Source of the DNA: Octopus bimaculoides
Lineage: Eukaryota
Reading direction: 5' to 3'
DNA length: 64,000 nucleotides
NCBI RefSeq assembly: GCF_001194135.2
Contig: NC_068988.1
Coordinates: 38,036,282 to 38,100,281 of the forward strand
The translations under genes and the position numbers were made by a program. Below, one piece after another: positions 63,661-64,000 of the stretch. Within the stretch, counting starts at the first letter, position 1. Each line of letters begins with the position of its first letter. The notes beneath the pieces are model-generated. The model did not search any database. It was given only the letters and a program-made list of their open reading frames with translations, and was not told where the DNA came from.

Positions 63661-64000
63661 TTTATGTATGTATGCCTGTATATATGTGAGATAATAGTTT
63701 CAGTATTAAAGTGAAACTGTCTGACATTAGAATAGAGAGAAGTTATTGTTTCACTTTTGACACGTAGTACTGCAATAGTGGAGGAGATGTAATATTGCAC
63801 TGGGCTCGCAGTAGGCAAGAAGTTAAAGATTTTTTTGTCCTAAAAAACAACCTGGACCCTAAGTAAGGCATGTGTAAAATTTGAATGAAATTGGTTGTGT
63901 AGTCACACAGACACATTCTCATCTTTCTATATATAGATAATATATATATATATATATATATAGATAATATATATATATATGTGGAGGCGCAATAGCCCAG

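Larger units (their letters stand above)
61333..63937 (-). mobile_element. Internally deleted Helitron (RepHel remnant)
   Basis: 5' terminus A|TCTATATATAG at 63937; ATG at 63218 (MPPKKRSRLSRHT...). Helitron N-terminal block (CCLNGKVSLP, FLQTIRNYN..QMTSFG, FKVQGQVYHLIGSL, IYFI, RYNA..NEVAVL) is joined near 61620 to a Pif1-helicase block (TRADTVCACLKSSTLWPLVKTLKLNTNMR..LLALGEG..VFPDL). Rep/HUH motifs are absent and no 3' end is found. Confidence 0.9.

Overview
AT-rich eukaryotic genomic DNA from a gapped draft assembly (six N-runs). The microsatellite load and the SINE/LINE/MITE types suggest a coleoid cephalopod, probably Octopus; this is an inference, no search was run. There is no rRNA, CRISPR array or prokaryotic content. 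Only two host protein-coding sequences are supportable. Both are 71-aa, intronless, + strand G-protein gamma (GGL-domain) paralogs, at 4374-4589 and 52010-52225, each just downstream of a splice acceptor. They share 22/50 identical residues over the gapless core. The second ends in a canonical CaaX (CIIL); the first ends in an atypical CILCLK. The rest is transposon-derived: several tRNA-derived SINE families (including head-to-tail chains), RTE LINE fragments, mariner relics (one made of two inverted 5' ends), an internally deleted Helitron carrying a Merlin-like MITE with telomeric repeats, non-autonomous Helitron/Helentron elements, piggyBac- and hAT-type MITEs, and a tRNA-Trp pseudogene. 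Not visible in the ORF track is a set of minimal hammerhead-ribozyme motifs of the type found in Penelope-like elements. One has an intact catalytic core (40382-40425), one has a single inactivating core change (27112-27165), one is degenerate (9207-9250), and a near-perfect palindrome (6171-6261) carries two overlapping antisense hammerhead-like motifs.
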